In this document: in pieces, positions 51,781-64,000 of the stretch
How the letters are laid out: each line of letters starts with the position of its first letter
How positions within the stretch are numbered: position 1 is the first letter of the stretch
Source: Camelus dromedarius
Taxonomy: Eukaryota
Assembly: GCF_036321535.1 (NCBI RefSeq)
Contig: NC_087437.1
Coordinates: 63,614,001-63,678,000 of the forward strand
DNA length: 64,000 bases
Reading direction: 5' to 3'
The notes under the pieces: model-generated
What the model was told of the DNA's origin: nothing
Databases searched by the model: none
The model's input: the letters and a program-made list of their open reading frames with translations, nothing else
Translations under genes and position numbers: made by a program

Positions 51781-54431
51781 AAGGTCACCATTTTGGTAGA
51801 TTTAAACATTTACCAAGATGTAATATTCACTTTTAAGGGGACTTTTAGCACCTAATTAATCAATCCCCTTAATCATTATAAGTTGCATTTATAAATGTAA
51901 TGAACACATTTCATTTTCACGTTAAATTCTTCAATTGTTTCATAATAGAACTTCTCAAGAAATGCCCCAAGCAAATACCTTCTCAAGTAAAGTAAGTCTC
52001 ATAAATAAATTAAATTTATAAACACCATGGGACTTTATTTCTTTTAAATGTTTCAATACTGTTTATAAATTTAGTAAGAGTTAAATTTTGAATCCCAAAT
52101 CTAAATAATTACATAATCTATATTTTACATTGGAATCACATATTAACCTGTTTCTCTAATATGCCTAAATCTCTTTACATTCGATAAATTCAAGAATTTA
52201 ATTATTTTAGTATTATAGATTTGATTTACTTCATTACTTCATTTGATTTACTTTACTAAATTTCAAATTCAACAAAGTTACAAAAATTTGTTCACTTGAA
52301 GGAATGTTACCTTCCCACTTGGGGGTACGTTACCTTTGCAGCTGGCTGAGTTTGTTTCTTAACCTGAATTCAACAGGGCATGAGACTGAAGCTACAAGAC
52401 ACCCAGTGATATTTCTTGTGATTCTGAATGCCAGGCTAAGTCCCTTTCTGTAGTCATTATGTTTGGAATTCTAAAATCTTAAGTCCTAAATGTTCCTTTA
52501 TTCATAGAAGTATGCACCCTCCCCCCCAAAAAGGCTGTAGCTTACTTCTTTCATGACTTCATTGGTTTTACATTCTTTAGTTTTCCTTAGATATTTAAAT
52601 GTTTCCCATCTATCTCTACAGATACTTAAGGCCAGATCTTTGGATCCTCAGGATTCTTTAGTAAGCATGTCAAAAACTGTTTGGGCTGCAGAATCCCAAA
52701 ATGTTTTCATATCCTACTTTCTGGTAGGGCCATATCTCTGCAGACATTAAAGTAATATCTGACTGAATTATGGATATCATGGATTTGTCTGATCATTCTA
52801 AGGTCATTCTAGTGACTCTTAGCATTTTCTAGCAAGGCTCACAGTCAACAGGCCCTACCTGAACACAAGCTTCAGTTTTTAGTACCACTCTCTTAAATAC
52901 AGGCAAATAGCCAAATACCATCAAACATTTGAGACAAGTCTCTAACAAAAAAAGACAGAGGATGACAAACATTAAAAAATAACAACAACAAAACAAAACA
53001 AACAAACAAAAAACTTGGGAGAAACTTAGACCATGCAGGGAGAAGAAACAATAATTAAACATCATCAAAGAGACATAAGAAAACATTATATCCAAGAAAC
53101 AAAAAAGGATGCTATTCATATTTTTTTAATTAAATAAGCATTCAAAGAATTAGATTGGAAGACAAAATTATAGAAATCTCCCAGAAAAAAGAGCAAAAAG
53201 ACAATGAACAATAGAAGAGAAAAGAGGAGCAGAGAGGTTCAGTGTGCAACAACAGGATGCTACAGAACAGAGAAAGCCAACCAGGAGTGGACCCTGTATC
53301 CTGCCTAACAAAGTATTAGTTCTCTACATCAGTGGCTCTCAGAGCATGGTTCAGGACTTAGGGGGCTCCTGAAGACGCCTTAAGGGGGAACATGAGGACA
53401 GTACTCTTTCAATAAAAATACTAACTTATTTGCCTTTTTCACTCTCATTCACTCACAAATGTAGAGTGTTTTTCAGAAGCTTCATGATGTGTGATAATGT
53501 CATCACTCTGACAGCTTATATATTCTTATGATTTAAATTTTTCTTAGTTTAAATGTCTAATATGGATAATATAGAATAGTTATAAGCCACATAAATAAAA
53601 GCTCTTTAGGGTCCTCAAAATTATTTAAGAGTTTGAAAACCACTATTCTGGGTGTGCACTTTATTCTGGCAGTGCACTTTAGTTTGAAAATCCCAGGTAG
53701 CACCCAAAACATCATCTGTATTAACTGTTGTCTCCTTTTCCTTTTGAGTTTTCTACCAGAAATTCAATTCATATAAAAATATGAAAGAATTTACTGATTT
53801 TGTAAGGGAAGTAGATAAGGGAGTTCATATTGATCAGTGTTTCATTTGAAAAGTCCTCCCAGACTTGTCTCTTCTCCTAGGTTCCTCTCCTCTTCTTTTT
53901 ACTTCCCCCATACTGCCTATCTTTCCCTTACTCTCTTCCCTCCCCTTTTGCAAGGCAGTTTAAGTATATCCAAGATTGAGGGGAGAAAAAACCCAACATG
54001 TCACTGATATCTACTCTCATTAGAAGGCAAAAAGACAAAAAGGGATTTGTTTTTAATAAAGTTAAAGAAAAAAGTTTACTCACAAAAACACTCACTGGAA
54101 AAAAGCAAAATACCTATAAACAGAAAGAACATTAAAAAAACCTAATGCCCTTACTTATCCAAAGATAAACACTAATAATATATTGGTATATCCCCTTCTA
54201 GATTTTTTTTTTCTCTGTAGACAGATATACCTAACTCTTATAAAAATGAGACCTTACTACGCACCATGTGTAGTCCATTTTTCTACTTAATATATTCTAA
54301 ACAATTTCCATGTCAAATGCGTCTCTGCATTATTATTTCCCTAACTTTTTATTTTAAATTTTGTTCAAACTTGGAGAAAGCTTGATAGAACTTAGTTTAA
54401 TAAACACCCTTAAACCCTCCATGCAGAATAC

Positions 54432-55465
54432 TGTTGGGAGATGATTCACTCTAAACATCTCACTTTTCTGCACAATCCAGGTCTTCTGATCAAAGACGTT
54501 TACTGTCAATTCAAGAATATCTGTATAAGGAGCTGAGGGGGATCAGAATGTACTACCCCAAAATATGCCACTTTGGCATAAGAACTATTCTGAGCTGAAG
54601 GCAAGTGAAAAACAGCAGATGCAGAAAAAGCTCTATCCTCCCCCTATTTGCCTAAAAGCAGGGCATATTTCCCTTTGTGCATGTGTCCCTATCCTCTCTC
54701 GTACATCAGGAAGAGCAGAATAACTCTTAATCACCACTCTAAACTTGTCTCAGCCCAGAGATGGCAGCGACATAACAAACTTTACTAAAAATAACCCTTA
54801 TCTCCTATTAGTTTTCCCCACTTGTTTACCTTCCCACGATTTACTGCCCATAAAAACCTAAACCTCCTTTGCTTTGTCTTGTCACTTCACCACAAATTTA
54901 TTGCCTTTTGTTAAAATAGTATATAATCCTCTGAATCTGATCCATTTCTTCAAGGTTTTCAATTAATTTCTGTGAGGCTCCCCATCTGTATATGAAATAA
55001 AACTTTTTCTTCTATTCATCTTTTGTCAGTTCAATTCACAGGATACCAGACACTGAACCTAAGAGGGTAGAGGATAAAGGTTTGATTTTCTCTCCCCTAC
55101 AGAGATATACCAAGAAAGTGAAGCTTAAATATGTTTCTCTCCCTGGAAACCCGATCGGAATAGTAAAGATAAAGATCCCTCCTTCCCCTCTTGGAGAAGA
55201 CCTTCTTACATTCTAGAATAAAGATAAGGTTTCTCTCTCTTTGCAGGGAAGGATGCATATGTCACCAGCAGCCATATATATGATCAGTTTCCTTATTCCA
55301 GGGTTCCTCTCCTGTAGTGCACCCCACTGCATATGCAGGTATCATTAGGCCTGCATGACGTTGCCCTGTGTAGGTGGGGCTTGGGAACCAACATAAGATG
55401 TTGCTCTGGCTACTGTTTTTGCCATAAATGACAAACCGTTTTTGTTTCTGACTCAGAAGCCTCAT
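54432..55465 (+). mobile_element. Older ERVL-type LTR (LTR40-like) split by a nested LTR
   Basis: Starts tgttgggagatgattc...catctcacttttctgcac and resumes after 55101. Confidence 0.55.
54534..55101 (+). mobile_element. MER34-like ERV1 solo LTR
   Basis: TGAGGGGGATCAGAATGTACTACCCCAAAATATGCCACTTTGGCATAAG...aataaa...ctctcccctaCA; near-TSD gagc/gaga. Confidence 0.8.
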
Positions 55466-55904
55466 TATTTATATATACATATACATATAAATAACATTTA
55501 TATATACACACATACATACACACATCCTCATCCTGCCCCTCCATCTGGACCCAGACTAATCCCCACATACATACCTTAAGCCACAAAGTGTACCCTGAGT
55601 GTTCAAACTCTGCCCTGCTTCCCTTCCTGGGAAACCCCACACTCCACCCACTTGGAGCAGGCCCTGGCCCATGTGTGTCCCCTACGCTGTTCAAAAGAAG
55701 AGAATATTTCCTCATCAAGGGAGCTGGGCAAAGAGGCCTGTTCTCTCATTACAGGAGGCTGGCACTTGGGCTGGGTCACAAAGGGGAGCAATGCCTTGAG
55801 GCTGTTCTTTGGGAGGAAGGCCCTAACAACAGGCAGTAATGGTTCAGGGACAAAATCTGGGCCCGTCGCTGCTGCTGGGCCATAAAAGAAATATATGAAA
55901 ATAG

Positions 55905-55956
55905 GAGAGAGAGAGAGAGAGAGAGTGTGTGTGTGTGTGCGTGTGTGTGTGTGTGT
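55905..55956. repeat. (GA)n(GT)n compound microsatellite
   Basis: Direct read. Confidence 0.95.
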
Positions 55957-58109
55957 GGCAGGCTACCTTGTTAGCTTGCAAATAGAGTGAAAATTTCAGA
56001 TCTTTCATAGTTTCTGACTTAACAATCACATCACTTTGCCACATTTGCTCTTTGTTCACAATTTCTCTCCCATGCTTGTGTTCTCTGTCACACATAAACA
56101 CACACTATTCTTGCTGAATCATCTGAAAGTAAGTTTCTGCAAAATCATTTTTAATGTTTGAATGGCATACTATTTTAAACCTCTATCATTATTTAAACAG
56201 TCTGTCCTGTTGAACATTTAGATTGTTTCCAACAGTTTGGTATTACAAACAGCATTGTGATGAGCTTTTATAACTAACTAAATCTTTTTTCATATCCTAA
56301 ATTCCTTAAGATAAATTCCAAGAGGTGTAATCATTGAGACAAAGGACACTCACAGTTTGAAGGTTTTGGTATGTATTGCCAAGCTGCCTTTCAGACAGTG
56401 TATCTATAAGTCTACAGATTCAGTAGCAAAGTTTAAGAATGTCTTTATAACCCTGCCAACAGTATAATTTTTATCTTTGACAATTTGAAAAAGGAGAAAC
56501 AGAAGAGGGCATCTACCTCATTGTTTTAATCATTTGTTCATAAATGTGACTGATCTTCACTGGTGTGTTCATTAACCATTTAGAAGACCTCTGGCCTAAA
56601 GCTGATCACAGAAAGTCATCAAATACTAAGGCAGCTATCTCACCATATAGGGTCTCCTCTCCACATCTGCTCAGATCTGTTTTTCCAAGCTCACATTCTC
56701 AAAAGAATAATGTGATATAATTTTTTCATATTAGGTCATATCACTGGCCTTTCTGTGGGCTAACAAACTGAAAGTTTAGAATGGAATTTAGGTTTGAATC
56801 CTATCACCTGCCCCTCCTTTTCTCCGGGTTTTTGTGTAATGAAACCAGATCAGTTCAGGAGGTGGGGAATGACCTCACCACCATCTTCCATCTGGCCATT
56901 AACAGAGAGTATACGGGTATGTTTTGAGGTGCTTGACCAACCATGAAGACTGCTGACATCTGGACTCCTACCTTCCTGAACTGAAGACAGCCTGGCCAGT
57001 AGTCCAGGGCTGATCAGAATTACGTACCCCTCCCCATTTCCAATCACAGGCAGAAAAACCAGAAAAACTGAAAAAGAGAGAGAATTGTGCACTGCAGGGC
57101 AGAAGGAAGAGTCAGCCTGGCTGCCTTTCAATTCAATGACTCTGTGCACAATCTCTTGTCTACCAGGTAAAACATGGCCTAGTGAATTAGATATGTTTAT
57201 TTCTGATATTCCCTGTGATAGGTGTTTTTCATTTTCGGCCACTCAGTATCTAAACACACTTCCTATTTGGAGGGAATTCCAATAAAGAAGCTCAAGTATG
57301 GGCAAATAGCCCCTTTCCCAGCTTCCTTGTCTCTAGAATTTGGGCTTGTGAACTTCCAACCATATGCTCCTAAGACTTTGATTCTGGAATAACACAGAGA
57401 AGTAAATGGCAGTTTAGAGTCTCTCCAGAGGTGGCAGAGGACACAATAATGGCTGCACCCGATGTCCAATGGTGGCAGGCCAATGACAGAAGCTGCTGGA
57501 TACTAATCAGATTCTTCCTGTATATTGATTTGGTCTCTATTTTTACATGCCTAATTTGTCCTGGCTCCTGTTGATGTTCCAAACCTTATTCTTCAGTTTT
57601 TTCATCAATTTTGTGAGCTATCCAGTGTCCTTTCAATGTATTCCTTTTTTCTCTAACTAACTAGTTTTGGTCTCCATTGTTCAGGAAGCTGGAAATCTGA
57701 TTAGCACACCCCACCTGTGTATAGAAGTTGCCTTTTCCATGGAGATGAAAAGATGAGAGAGAGGGATGCCTCCCTATCAGTTGCTCCAGGGTCAGGTGCC
57801 CAGCTCTAGTCCATAAGCATCCATTATCCTAATACTGTGTGATAAACATTTCATTGCTGTGTTGTATAGTCTTACCATCTATACATATATTCCTATCTGT
57901 AGTCAGAGGGATGGGAATCATAGGATACCAAATAACAGCCACTATCTGTCACCAGGTCTTTGCCTCAGCAGCTTCCTTTAAAAAGAGGTGCCAGTGACTC
58001 TAGATCCTCAACATCTTTCTTATACCCCGACTAACTACCATAGTTTCTCAAGTGGCCATACTGATGCAGACCATCCTATTTCCTACTGTCAGCATTCCTC
58101 TTTATTTTT

Positions 58110-60010
58110 ATTATCTATCATTTATGTTATTTAACTTATAAAGTATATCTAACATGTAAAGTATAGCAAAAAGGGCCCAAATCACAGATAGACACCTTAA
58201 AGAATTACCACTAAGGGAAAACCTATATAACCACCATCCAGGTCAAGAAATAAGGTATTTTCATTACTCCCAGAACTCCTCCCCCTGCCCCTCTTCTCAC
58301 CCCTGCTACTTGTCCCCTCTTGGTCATAAATTCCTCCCTCCCCACTATCCACTATCCTCGGTAAGTAAGTAACCACTATCCTGTCTTTTGTGATAATTTT
58401 TTTTTGCTTTTCTTTAGTTTTACCACCTGTGTATAAATCTCTTAAACAATATAATTTCATTTAGCCTGATTTTGAACTTTAGATGAATGAATCATAATGT
58501 ATATATTCTTTTGTGCCTTACTTCTTTCATTCAATATTGTTTCTGAGACTCCTCTGTATTATGCTCAGAGCTACAATTTGTTTGCTTGCATTACTGTAAA
58601 GTATCCCATTGTAAGACAGACCACAATTTATTTATTCTACTGTAGATAGATGTTATGTTGTATTGCAGTGTGGGACTATAATAAAAAATACTGCTCTGAA
58701 TATTCTGGTATATGTATCCTGGGGGAACTTTAAGGCCATCAACCCAGCATTAGAAAAACAGTCATGGGATATACGTATCTTTGACCTTCCTAGACAATGG
58801 CAAACTGTTTTTCAAAGTGAATGCGCCAACTTACCAACTGCAGCCTTTGGGAGTTTCTGCCACAGGACACCCTGAACGACAACTGATGGTATCAAACTAT
58901 TTCATCTTAGCCACTCTGGAGGATGGCTAATGATATCTCCCTGTGGTTATAATTTTCATTTCCCTGATCAAAGAGGTTGAGCATATTCACCTGTTTACTT
59001 GTCATTTATATTTTTCCTTTGGTAAAGTCCCTATTTAAGTCTTTTGCCCACATTTTACATATGATTATCTTGTACTGATTTGAAGGAATTTTCATATGTT
59101 GTGGAGACTAGTCCTTTATTAACTACATGTATGGCAAATATCTTCTCCCACTCTGTACCTTGTTTTTTTTTTTTTTTTGCTTACTTTATGCTATCTTTTG
59201 ATAAACAAAGGCCCTTTATTTTAATATAATCAAATGTAGCAATCTTTTTCATTTATAGTTGGTACTCTTTATATCTTGTTTTAAAATTCCTTCCTTACCT
59301 TTGAGTTCATAAATATTCTCCTAATTTCTAAAAGCTTTAAATGTTGTCTTTCATATTTTAAGTCCAGAAATGACTGTTGTGTATAGTGTGAGGTAGGGAA
59401 TTTTTTTTCCCCACATGAATTTCCACTTGTCCCAGCATCGTTTATTGGAATGTCCATCTTTTCACTACTTTATCTCTGTCATAAAGTGACTATACATGTG
59501 TGGGTCTGTTCCTGGGCTCTCTTCTGTTCCATCAGTCTATTTGCCATCCCTATGTTAATTCTATACTGCCTTAAATACTATAATTTATAATTAATCTTGA
59601 CATCTTATACAGCAAGTTCTAATATCTTGGCAATTTTTGGACCTTTATATTTCCACATAAAATCTCAGTCTGCTTCTCAAATTCCACAAAAGTCAAAACA
59701 AACAACAAAAACTACTTGGTGAAATTATGATTGAGCTTGCATGCAATTTATAAATTAATTTGGGGAGAACTATTGTCTTTACTGTATTAAGTCTTTCAAT
59801 CTATGAACTCAGTATCTCTCCATTTTTTTAGGTCTTCCTTAATGTCATCCAACAATATTTTATAATTCTCTACATAGAACTGGAACATTAACACAAGGGC
59901 CATGTAATTATGCATACATGTTTAAAATTGTTGTTTTCCTGATGAATGGAAACATTCAACGTTATGAAAGATTTTATCTCTAGTAATGCTTTTTGGCTGG
60001 TATCAATATA
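58110..60010 (-). mobile_element. Ancient L1M element (3' UTR and ORF2 end)
   Basis: taaccaccatccaggtcaagaaataa...caaactgtttttcaaagtg...gcaaatatcttctcccactctgt...taatttggggagaact. Confidence 0.8.
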
Positions 60011-60021
60011 GATGTATTAGC

Positions 60022-60425
60022 TGTATTAGTTTTCAACTGCTGCTGTAACAAATTACCACAAATTCTGTGGCTTAAAACAATACAAATTCATTATCTTACA
60101 GTTCTGCAGGTCAGAAGTCCAAAACAGGTCTCACTGGGCTAAAATCAAGATGTTGGCAAGGCTGCATTCCTTTCTCAAGGCTCTAGGAAAGAATCTATTT
60201 CCTCTTGTTTTCCAGATTCTGGAAGCCCCCTTCTTCAATCTTTATCTGCATCTTTCTACAACTTTCTTCTGTAGTCACATCCCCTTCTGACTGACTCTTG
60301 AGTCTTCTTTTGCCTCCCTTTTTTGATTACAAGGGACCCACTCAGATAAACCAAGATGATCTTCTCATCTCAGGGACCCTGATTTAATCACACTCACAAA
60401 ATCCCTTTTGGCAAGGAAGGTAACT
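60022..60425 (-). mobile_element. MLT1 (MaLR) LTR
   Basis: tgtattagttttc...gctgctgtaacaaattaccacaaa...ggcttaaaacaa...tcttacagttctg. Confidence 0.85.
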
Positions 60426-60695
60426 TATATGGTTTGAATGTCTGTGACACGCCCTCCCTCAAAATTCATATGTTGAAATCAATGAGATTAGCGTGCAAGT
60501 AAAGAAGGCCCTAGAAAACTCACTGGATCAGTCTCTCAGTCCTAGCATTGGCATTAGCATTCACCTGCAGAGAAATCCTGGCTTTTGCTTTCAGTAAGCA
60601 ATCATTATTCTAGTTTCAATTTACTATTCTTTATCATCACCAACACAAGCCCTCTCTCCTCTTTTGGTCCCCATGTTTGTCATTTTTCAAGTCTG

Positions 60696-60807
60696 TCCTT
60701 CCTTCCTTCCTTCCTTCCTCCCTTTCCTTCCCTTCCCTTCTCTCCCCTTCCCTCCCCTCCCCTTCCTCCCTTCCTCTCTTTCTTTCTTTTTCTCTTTCTT
60801 TCTTTCC

Positions 60808-60861
<54 letters not shown>

Positions 60862-60931
60862 CTCTTTCTCTCTTTCTCTCTTTCTCTCTTTCTTTCTTCT
60901 CTCTTTCTCTCTTTCTTTCTTTCTTTCTTTC
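60696..60931. repeat. (TTTC)n/(TTCC)n polypyrimidine tract
   Basis: Direct read. Confidence 0.97.
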
Positions 60932-60941
60932 TGTAATGGGA

Positions 60942-61419
60942 TATGGTAGGCAGAATAATGCCCCTCCCCCAAATATGTCCATGCTCTAATCCCCAGAATG
61001 TTACTTAAGATGGTAAAGGGGACTGGCAGGTGTGATTAAGTTAAGGATCTTGAGATGGGGAAATTATCCCAGACTATCTGGTTGGGCCCAATGTAATCAC
61101 AAAGGTTGTTATAAGAGAGACACAGGAGGATTAAAATCAGAGAGGGCATTACAACAAAAGAAGAGATAGGAGAGATGTGACTGAGCCAAGGAATACCAGC
61201 AAGCTCTAGAGGCTGGAAGAGATTTAAAAAAAAAAAAAAAAAAAAAAGGGTTCTCCCTTGGAGCCTCAGAAGGAACAAGCCCTGCCAATATCTGGATTTT
61301 TACCCCGAAAGGATCATTTTGGACTTCCAATCTACAGAGCTTTAAGAGAATAAATTCCTGATGTTTCAAGTCAGTAAGTTTGTGGTAATTTGTTACAGCA
61401 GCAATAGAAAACTAATACA
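60942..61419 (+). mobile_element. MLT1 (MaLR) LTR, MLT1D-like
   Basis: tggtaggcagaataatg...gattaagttaaggatcttgagatgggg...tttgtggtaatttgttacagcagcaatagaaaactaataca. Confidence 0.85.
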
Positions 61420-61875
61420 TGAGAGCTGATTTGTCTTTTCAGATAATACTTTCAACCTATAACTAAGAACCTGATTCATTATCTTGCCTTACACAGTTTG
61501 GGCGAAGCATCCCTCCTTCCACTACGGGTATATGACAGAGACCTGGCCAATCAGCATATTCAGTGACAGGCATGTGACTCAAACTAATGAGATTATTTCC
61601 AGGACTGGTACTGGAATAAATGGGAAAGTCATGTTTTTTTGTCCTGGGACTGCCAGGTTAAGCAAAAGAAATGCATTGATTCCCTTGCTGTTAAGAATAA
61701 GGTGAAAACCCACAAAAACTGAAGGAAAAGCATCAAGTACCAGGCCTCAGGAACTGGAACCAAGACTCATAGCCCTTAAGACACACACTCCCTCTTTCGT
61801 TTGCTTAGTTTCTTCTCTTTCCACATGGAAGGCAAGATGATTATCTGGAGCCTGGGGCACCTACATCTCCTTATC

Positions 61876-62036
61876 TTTTTTTTTTTAATTAAAAAATGTT
61901 TTTTAATTTTTTTTGGGGGGGGAGGTAATTAGGTTTACTAATTTATTTATTTTTAGAGGAGGTTCTGGGGATTGAACCCAGGACCTTGTGTATGCTATGC
62001 GTGCGCTTTGTCTCTTGAGCTATACACTCCCCTCCT
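61876..62036 (-). mobile_element. Vic-1-type (camelid) tRNA-derived SINE, full length
   Basis: Reverse strand ggggagtgtatagctcaa...ggtcctgggttcaatcccc (B box)...aaacctaattacctcccccc + A tail; TSD cttatcttt at 61870 and 62037. Confidence 0.85.
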
Positions 62037-62199
62037 CTTATCTTTAATAATCCTGACAAAAAGACAAACAGTACACCTGAGCATACTTATATTAATTTCA
62101 CAGAAGGACTCTAATGTACTCTGTGTCATGATAGTCCCAAGTCTTGAAATAATTACTTTTGCTAGGGAAACCATGTTTGATCCAGACTGAGTCATGTTG

Positions 62200-63500
62200 C
62201 CAGGCAATGTGTCAGGCAATGAGGGGGAAAAACACAAACACAAACAACTCAAACAAACCACTACCACCAAGAAAATACCCTGCTCCTTTCTTATAAACTT
62301 GTAGTCTAGTGAGGGAGAGAAATCACACAAGTAAATACAGAATTACCATGGTCTATGTCATGAGAGGAAGTACATGGAGACTATGGAAAGGAGAATGATT
62401 CATTCCAGTTAAGGGAAACTGATGGTGAATTTAGGTCAGGAGGAAGATAGGAATAAAGATTCTAGGTAGACACAATAACAAGTTCAAAGTCCCTGTGGTA
62501 GAAAGGCTCATCACTCACTGGAAGACCTAAGATAAAGCCAGTATGCCTAGGGAGAGCATGGTGTGACTGAGACTAAAGAAGCAGGTAGGGGCAAGACCAT
62601 GCACATTATTGTAGGTCCCGTTAAATATTTTATACTTTATCTTAATTGCCTTTAAAAGCCATTTAAATGTCTTAAAGGAGTGGGGAGGGGAGAGGTAGTA
62701 GATATGAACAAGTTTGTATTTGGAAAAGATCACTGTGACTATACTGTAGGGAACAGGCTGGAGCTGGGCCTAAGCAACTGTAAGAAGATACACTGAGTTT
62801 TAAATTGATTTCCAACAGACAGAGCTTCATGCATTCCTGCCTCCTACTTTCCCACTAAGTAGGTTATATTGGGGGAAAAATCATTAAACGAATGAAAGAA
62901 GCTTTTAGACGGGTGATTATTTGCTTTGCAAGATGGCTCACTTCTTTATTTCCTTTGCAATTTTTTTCCCCTCTGATCAGTCTGTAATTCGAGTACACCA
63001 ACTTGCTCTTTAAAAGAAGTTAGGACAATCAGGCAACAGGATCTCTGCACAACCTGTGGGACTGTAAGGATCAGGCTCTGACCATTGTTTAGTTGCTATA
63101 CCTCAATCTCTAGATGTGTCATGACTCTAAATAGCTTCCCAACCCTGATGACTCTCAGATTTATATCTCTAGTCCACATTTCTTCCTGCAACCTCAGTGT
63201 CTAAATCTAGTTGTCTACTCAACCTCTCCAGCTGGATGTCTAACAGACTTCCAACTCAACAAGTGAAAAACAGACTTGCTGATTTCTGCCTTCAAAATCA
63301 CTTCTTCTACAACTCAATTATTCAAAGTTACTCATAATGTCTCTTTTACCTCTTAATCCACATCTACTATATCAACAAATCTTGCAGCTCTACCAAAGTA
63401 TGTCCAGAATTCAATTCAGTTTTCATCACCTCATTTGTAACTACCCTGGCCCAAACCACTATCACTATGGCCTGGATTACTGCAACAACTTCCTAACTGA
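62200..63500. mobile_element. L2 LINE fragments
   Basis: gtttgtatttggaaaagatcactgtgac; ctcagatttatatctctagtcc...ggatgtctaacagac...cctggattactgcaac. Confidence 0.65.
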
Positions 63501-63869
63501 TAACACTTTTCACCAACTAATACATATTCTTTTTATCTGGTTCCCTCTATATAACCTTTGGGAGATGGAGGATTTGTCTTTCATTTAGTGCCAAGAACCA
63601 CAAAGCAATCTCGCAGACGCTCCATAAATACTTGCTGGAAAGAGTATTTTATACCATCGCATGTACAGTAATTAATTTATGTTTATGAATATGTGAAAAC
63701 TGACCGTTAGGAGACTTTTACAAACCAAAATAAAAACCCTAGAACAAACCAGTGAATGGAAAGTGGGGTCAGCTGGTTGAAGCACTTTCCACAAGCTGTC
63801 CCGCTTTCCTTAAGCGGACAGGTTTTCCATATATGCCAACATCCCTCTATTTTGAGCTACTGTGGGTGG

Positions 63870-64000
63870 AAAGCTCGTTGGACTCTGCACCTCACCCTTA
63901 GCCGACAGCCTTATCACCTCATCATCGTCCTGCCTCGGCGACGGGCGAGCCCACGCGGCTTAGAGCTGGAAGACGCTCTTGGGCACCTCCAAGCCCTCAC
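63870..64000. promoter_or_regulatory. Edge of a CpG-rich region, probably the flank of the next gene's promoter (HACD2/MYLK-AS1 by synteny)
   Basis: Abrupt rise in CpG (ctcggcgacgggcgagcccacgcgg) after CpG-poor DNA. Identity is inferred from gene order in other mammals only. Confidence 0.45.

Larger units (their letters stand above)
33000..52737 (-). pseudogene. Putative decayed multi-exon antisense gene / MYLK-AS1-position transcript
   Basis: Exon-like blocks with minus-strand AG/GT ends: 52546-52737, 52334-52470, 43695-43750, 43075-43261, 41991-42184, 39581-39825, 35885-36097, 35548-35782, 34215-34315. Several neighbours are phase-compatible and the frames contain few stops. Identified by eye, no homology support. 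Confidence 0.4.

Noticed and set aside
33000..52737. An intact antisense protein-coding gene in this species
   Set aside because: In-frame stops in most blocks and at least one phase mismatch; at most a pseudogene or lncRNA here.
61960..62032. tRNA-like A/B boxes
   Set aside because: Head of a tRNA-derived SINE with A tail and TSD, not a tRNA gene.

Overview
Mammalian genomic DNA, most likely a camelid, since it carries two Vic-1-type tRNA-derived SINEs. The window holds the 3' third of MYLK (smooth-muscle/non-muscle myosin light chain kinase) on the + strand: 11 GT-AG coding exons from the fibronectin-III domain through the kinase, calmodulin-binding and telokin Ig domains to the stop at 40974-40976. 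It also holds the intronic telokin promoter (E-box / AT-rich / CArG) and a ~1.8 kb 3' UTR. About 21 kb of repeat-rich downstream DNA follows, ending at the edge of a CpG-rich region, probably the HACD2/MYLK-AS1 promoter by synteny. Repeats include L1, L2, MIR, hAT-family MERs, ERV1/ERVL/MaLR solo LTRs (several with readable TSDs) and long microsatellites. The most unexpected signal is a chain of non-repetitive, AG/GT-bounded, phase-compatible, stop-poor exon-like blocks on the - strand. They run from ~52.7 kb through the MYLK 3' UTR into the last introns. This suggests the antisense unit here (MYLK-AS1 position) could be the relic of a multi-exon protein-coding gene. That was read by eye and is unproven. 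Repeat family names come from recalled consensus motifs and their boundaries are approximate.
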